From NCBI GenBank assembly GCA_963749495.1, contig CAVVMW010000023.1, positions 256,001-320,000 on the forward strand: a DNA stretch of 64,000 bases. Direction: 5' to 3'. This document shows positions 62,666 to 64,000 of the stretch, piece by piece. Source of the DNA: an uncultured bacterium. GTDB taxonomy: Bacteria; Verrucomicrobiota; Verrucomicrobiia; Limisphaerales; UBA8199. The notes under the pieces were generated by a model. It saw nothing but the letters and a program-made list of their open reading frames with translations, did not search any database and was not told the origin of the DNA. Made by a program: the position numbers and the translations under genes. Every line of letters begins with the position of its first letter. Position 1 is the stretch's first letter.

Positions 62666-63655
62666 TCAGTCTTCAACCCGTGTGCTCTGGGTCCTGCTGG
62701 GCGGCGCCAGGTAATGATACGGGTTGCTCGGGTTTTCATTGGAGTAGGCAAACGCGTCGCGGTGGTCCAGGAAAAACTTCACGGCCTCGACCGGGATGGC
62801 AAAGCCCAGGCCCTCGCCGAAGGTGATCTTCATATTAGTCACGCCGATGACTTCGCCCCGGAGGTTGAAGAGGGGGCCGCCGCTGTTGCCGGGATTGATC
62901 TGGGCGGTCGTCTGCAGGTAGAGTTCGCCCCCCATCTGCCGGGTCTTGGTGCTCAGGATGCCCTCGGTGACGGTGCGTTCCAGGCCGAGCGGACTGCCGA
63001 TGGCGAAGACCTGCTCCCCCACCGCCATGGCATCGGCGCTGCCCATCGAGACGTGGGGGAACTTCGGCGCTTGCTTGTCCTGGACCTTGAGCAGGGCCAG
63101 GTCGGCGAACTTGTTGATGGCAACGATGCGCACCTGTTTGTAGCTGCGGCGGTCCAGTCCGCCGCCCTGCTGGTGATAGACCTCGATGGAGATCTGGGTC
63201 TCGCCTTCGATGACGTGGAAATTGGTCATCAGGAAGCCGTCTTCGTTGATGAAGAACCCGGAGCCCAGGACGCCCGGGGTGCGCACCTGGACCACCGCCT
63301 CGCCCAGTTCGTTGGCCAGGTTGCGCACGTTGCTCAGAGGCGCGGCCCTGCCCGCGGCCTGATAAAACGCGGGCCCGGTCTCCTGGACCGGTTTCGGCTC
63401 GGCGTCCGCGCCGGCCGCCGGTTGAGCGGAGACCATGGAGGCCGCGCCGGGGACGGTGCCCCTGGAAATCTTGACGATCTCGCTGCGCGGGATGGACAGG
63501 ATTGTATAGCCAATATCCACGGCCACGAGGTCCGGTTTTTCCGCCAGGATATTCCCGATCACGGCGGCCTTGTCTTTCAACTCGATCAGGTCGGCAGCCG
63601 CTGCCGGCCAGCCTGCTGCCGCAAGCCCCAGCACCACGACACACTGTTTAAGCAT
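62666..63655 (-). CDS. Secreted trypsin-like (S1C) serine protease without PDZ
   Basis: TNFHV, DLALL, INPGNSGGPL catalytic triad. Confidence 0.93.
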   Translation of the reverse strand: MLKQCVVVLGLAAAGWPAAAADLIELKDKAAVIGNILAEKPDLVAVDIGYTILSIPRSEIVKISRGTVPGAASMVSAQPAAGADAEPKPVQETGPAFYQAAGRAAPLSNVRNLANELGEAVVQVRTPGVLGSGFFINEDGFLMTNFHVIEGETQISIEVYHQQGGGLDRRSYKQVRIVAINKFADLALLKVQDKQAPKFPHVSMGSADAMAVGEQVFAIGSPLGLERTVTEGILSTKTRQMGGELYLQTTAQINPGNSGGPLFNLRGEVIGVTNMKITFGEGLGFAIPVEAVKFFLDHRDAFAYSNENPSNPYHYLAPPSRTQSTRVED

Positions 63656-63708
63656 GGCCTGAAATTAGCCAACCCGCAGAGGTTTGACAAGGGCGGGGAG
63701 CCAGGGCA

Positions 63709-63978
63709 GGGGGGGATTGAAAGTGTCGGTCAGCCCACGGCGCCTTTTTGCCCCGAAGGGGCTTCCGACAATAGCCCGGCGTTTCAACGCCGGGTGAGCA
63801 GGCCCAACGAGCAGATCCGTCCCGAAGGGACGGCTGAGAGCGAGGAGTGTTCTCAGTCGTCCCTTCGGGACGAGGGTCCCTTTCGTGCCCTCCCCGGCGT
63901 TGAAACGCCGGGCTATTGTCAGATGTCCCTCCGGGACAAAACTCGTCAGGCGCATGCCCGACGCTTTGAGGCGCACCT
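63709..63978. mobile_element. MITE family A copy (270 bp, degenerate ends)
   Basis: Colinear with 18200-18469 and 34093-34362. Confidence 0.8.
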
Positions 63979-64000
63979 GCGCCCGGGTAGGGGCTGGACG

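Overview
GC-rich bacterial chromosomal window. The gene and repeat repertoire (PQQ-type propellers, Gfo/Idh/MocA, multiheme-TPR, AFTYQGQL fibre protein, C-terminal F(F/Y)R-ending secreted proteins) suggests Verrucomicrobiota (inference). About 35 CDS, mostly secreted or carbohydrate-related, are interspersed with accessory elements: (i) a paired STAND-type ATPase plus ATPase-wHTH-TPR operon with a candidate operator; (ii) a 10,040-bp insert (22181-32220) flanked by a 1,441-bp direct duplication, carrying a 2,699-aa modular repeat fibre gene behind a decayed flagellin 5' region; (iii) a putative type II R-M pair whose MTase has a Cys-rich insert; (iv) a complete DUF4338(DruA-like)-ISAs1 element with a 10-bp TSD; (v) at least three MITE families that each wrap a different REP-like palindrome doublet in IS-like ends, plus internally deleted Y1/RAYT transposase remnants; (vi) TA-like modules. 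Many genes carry single-base frameshifts, most likely long-read consensus errors. No rRNA, tRNA or CRISPR array was seen. All family assignments are by eye; no database searches were run.
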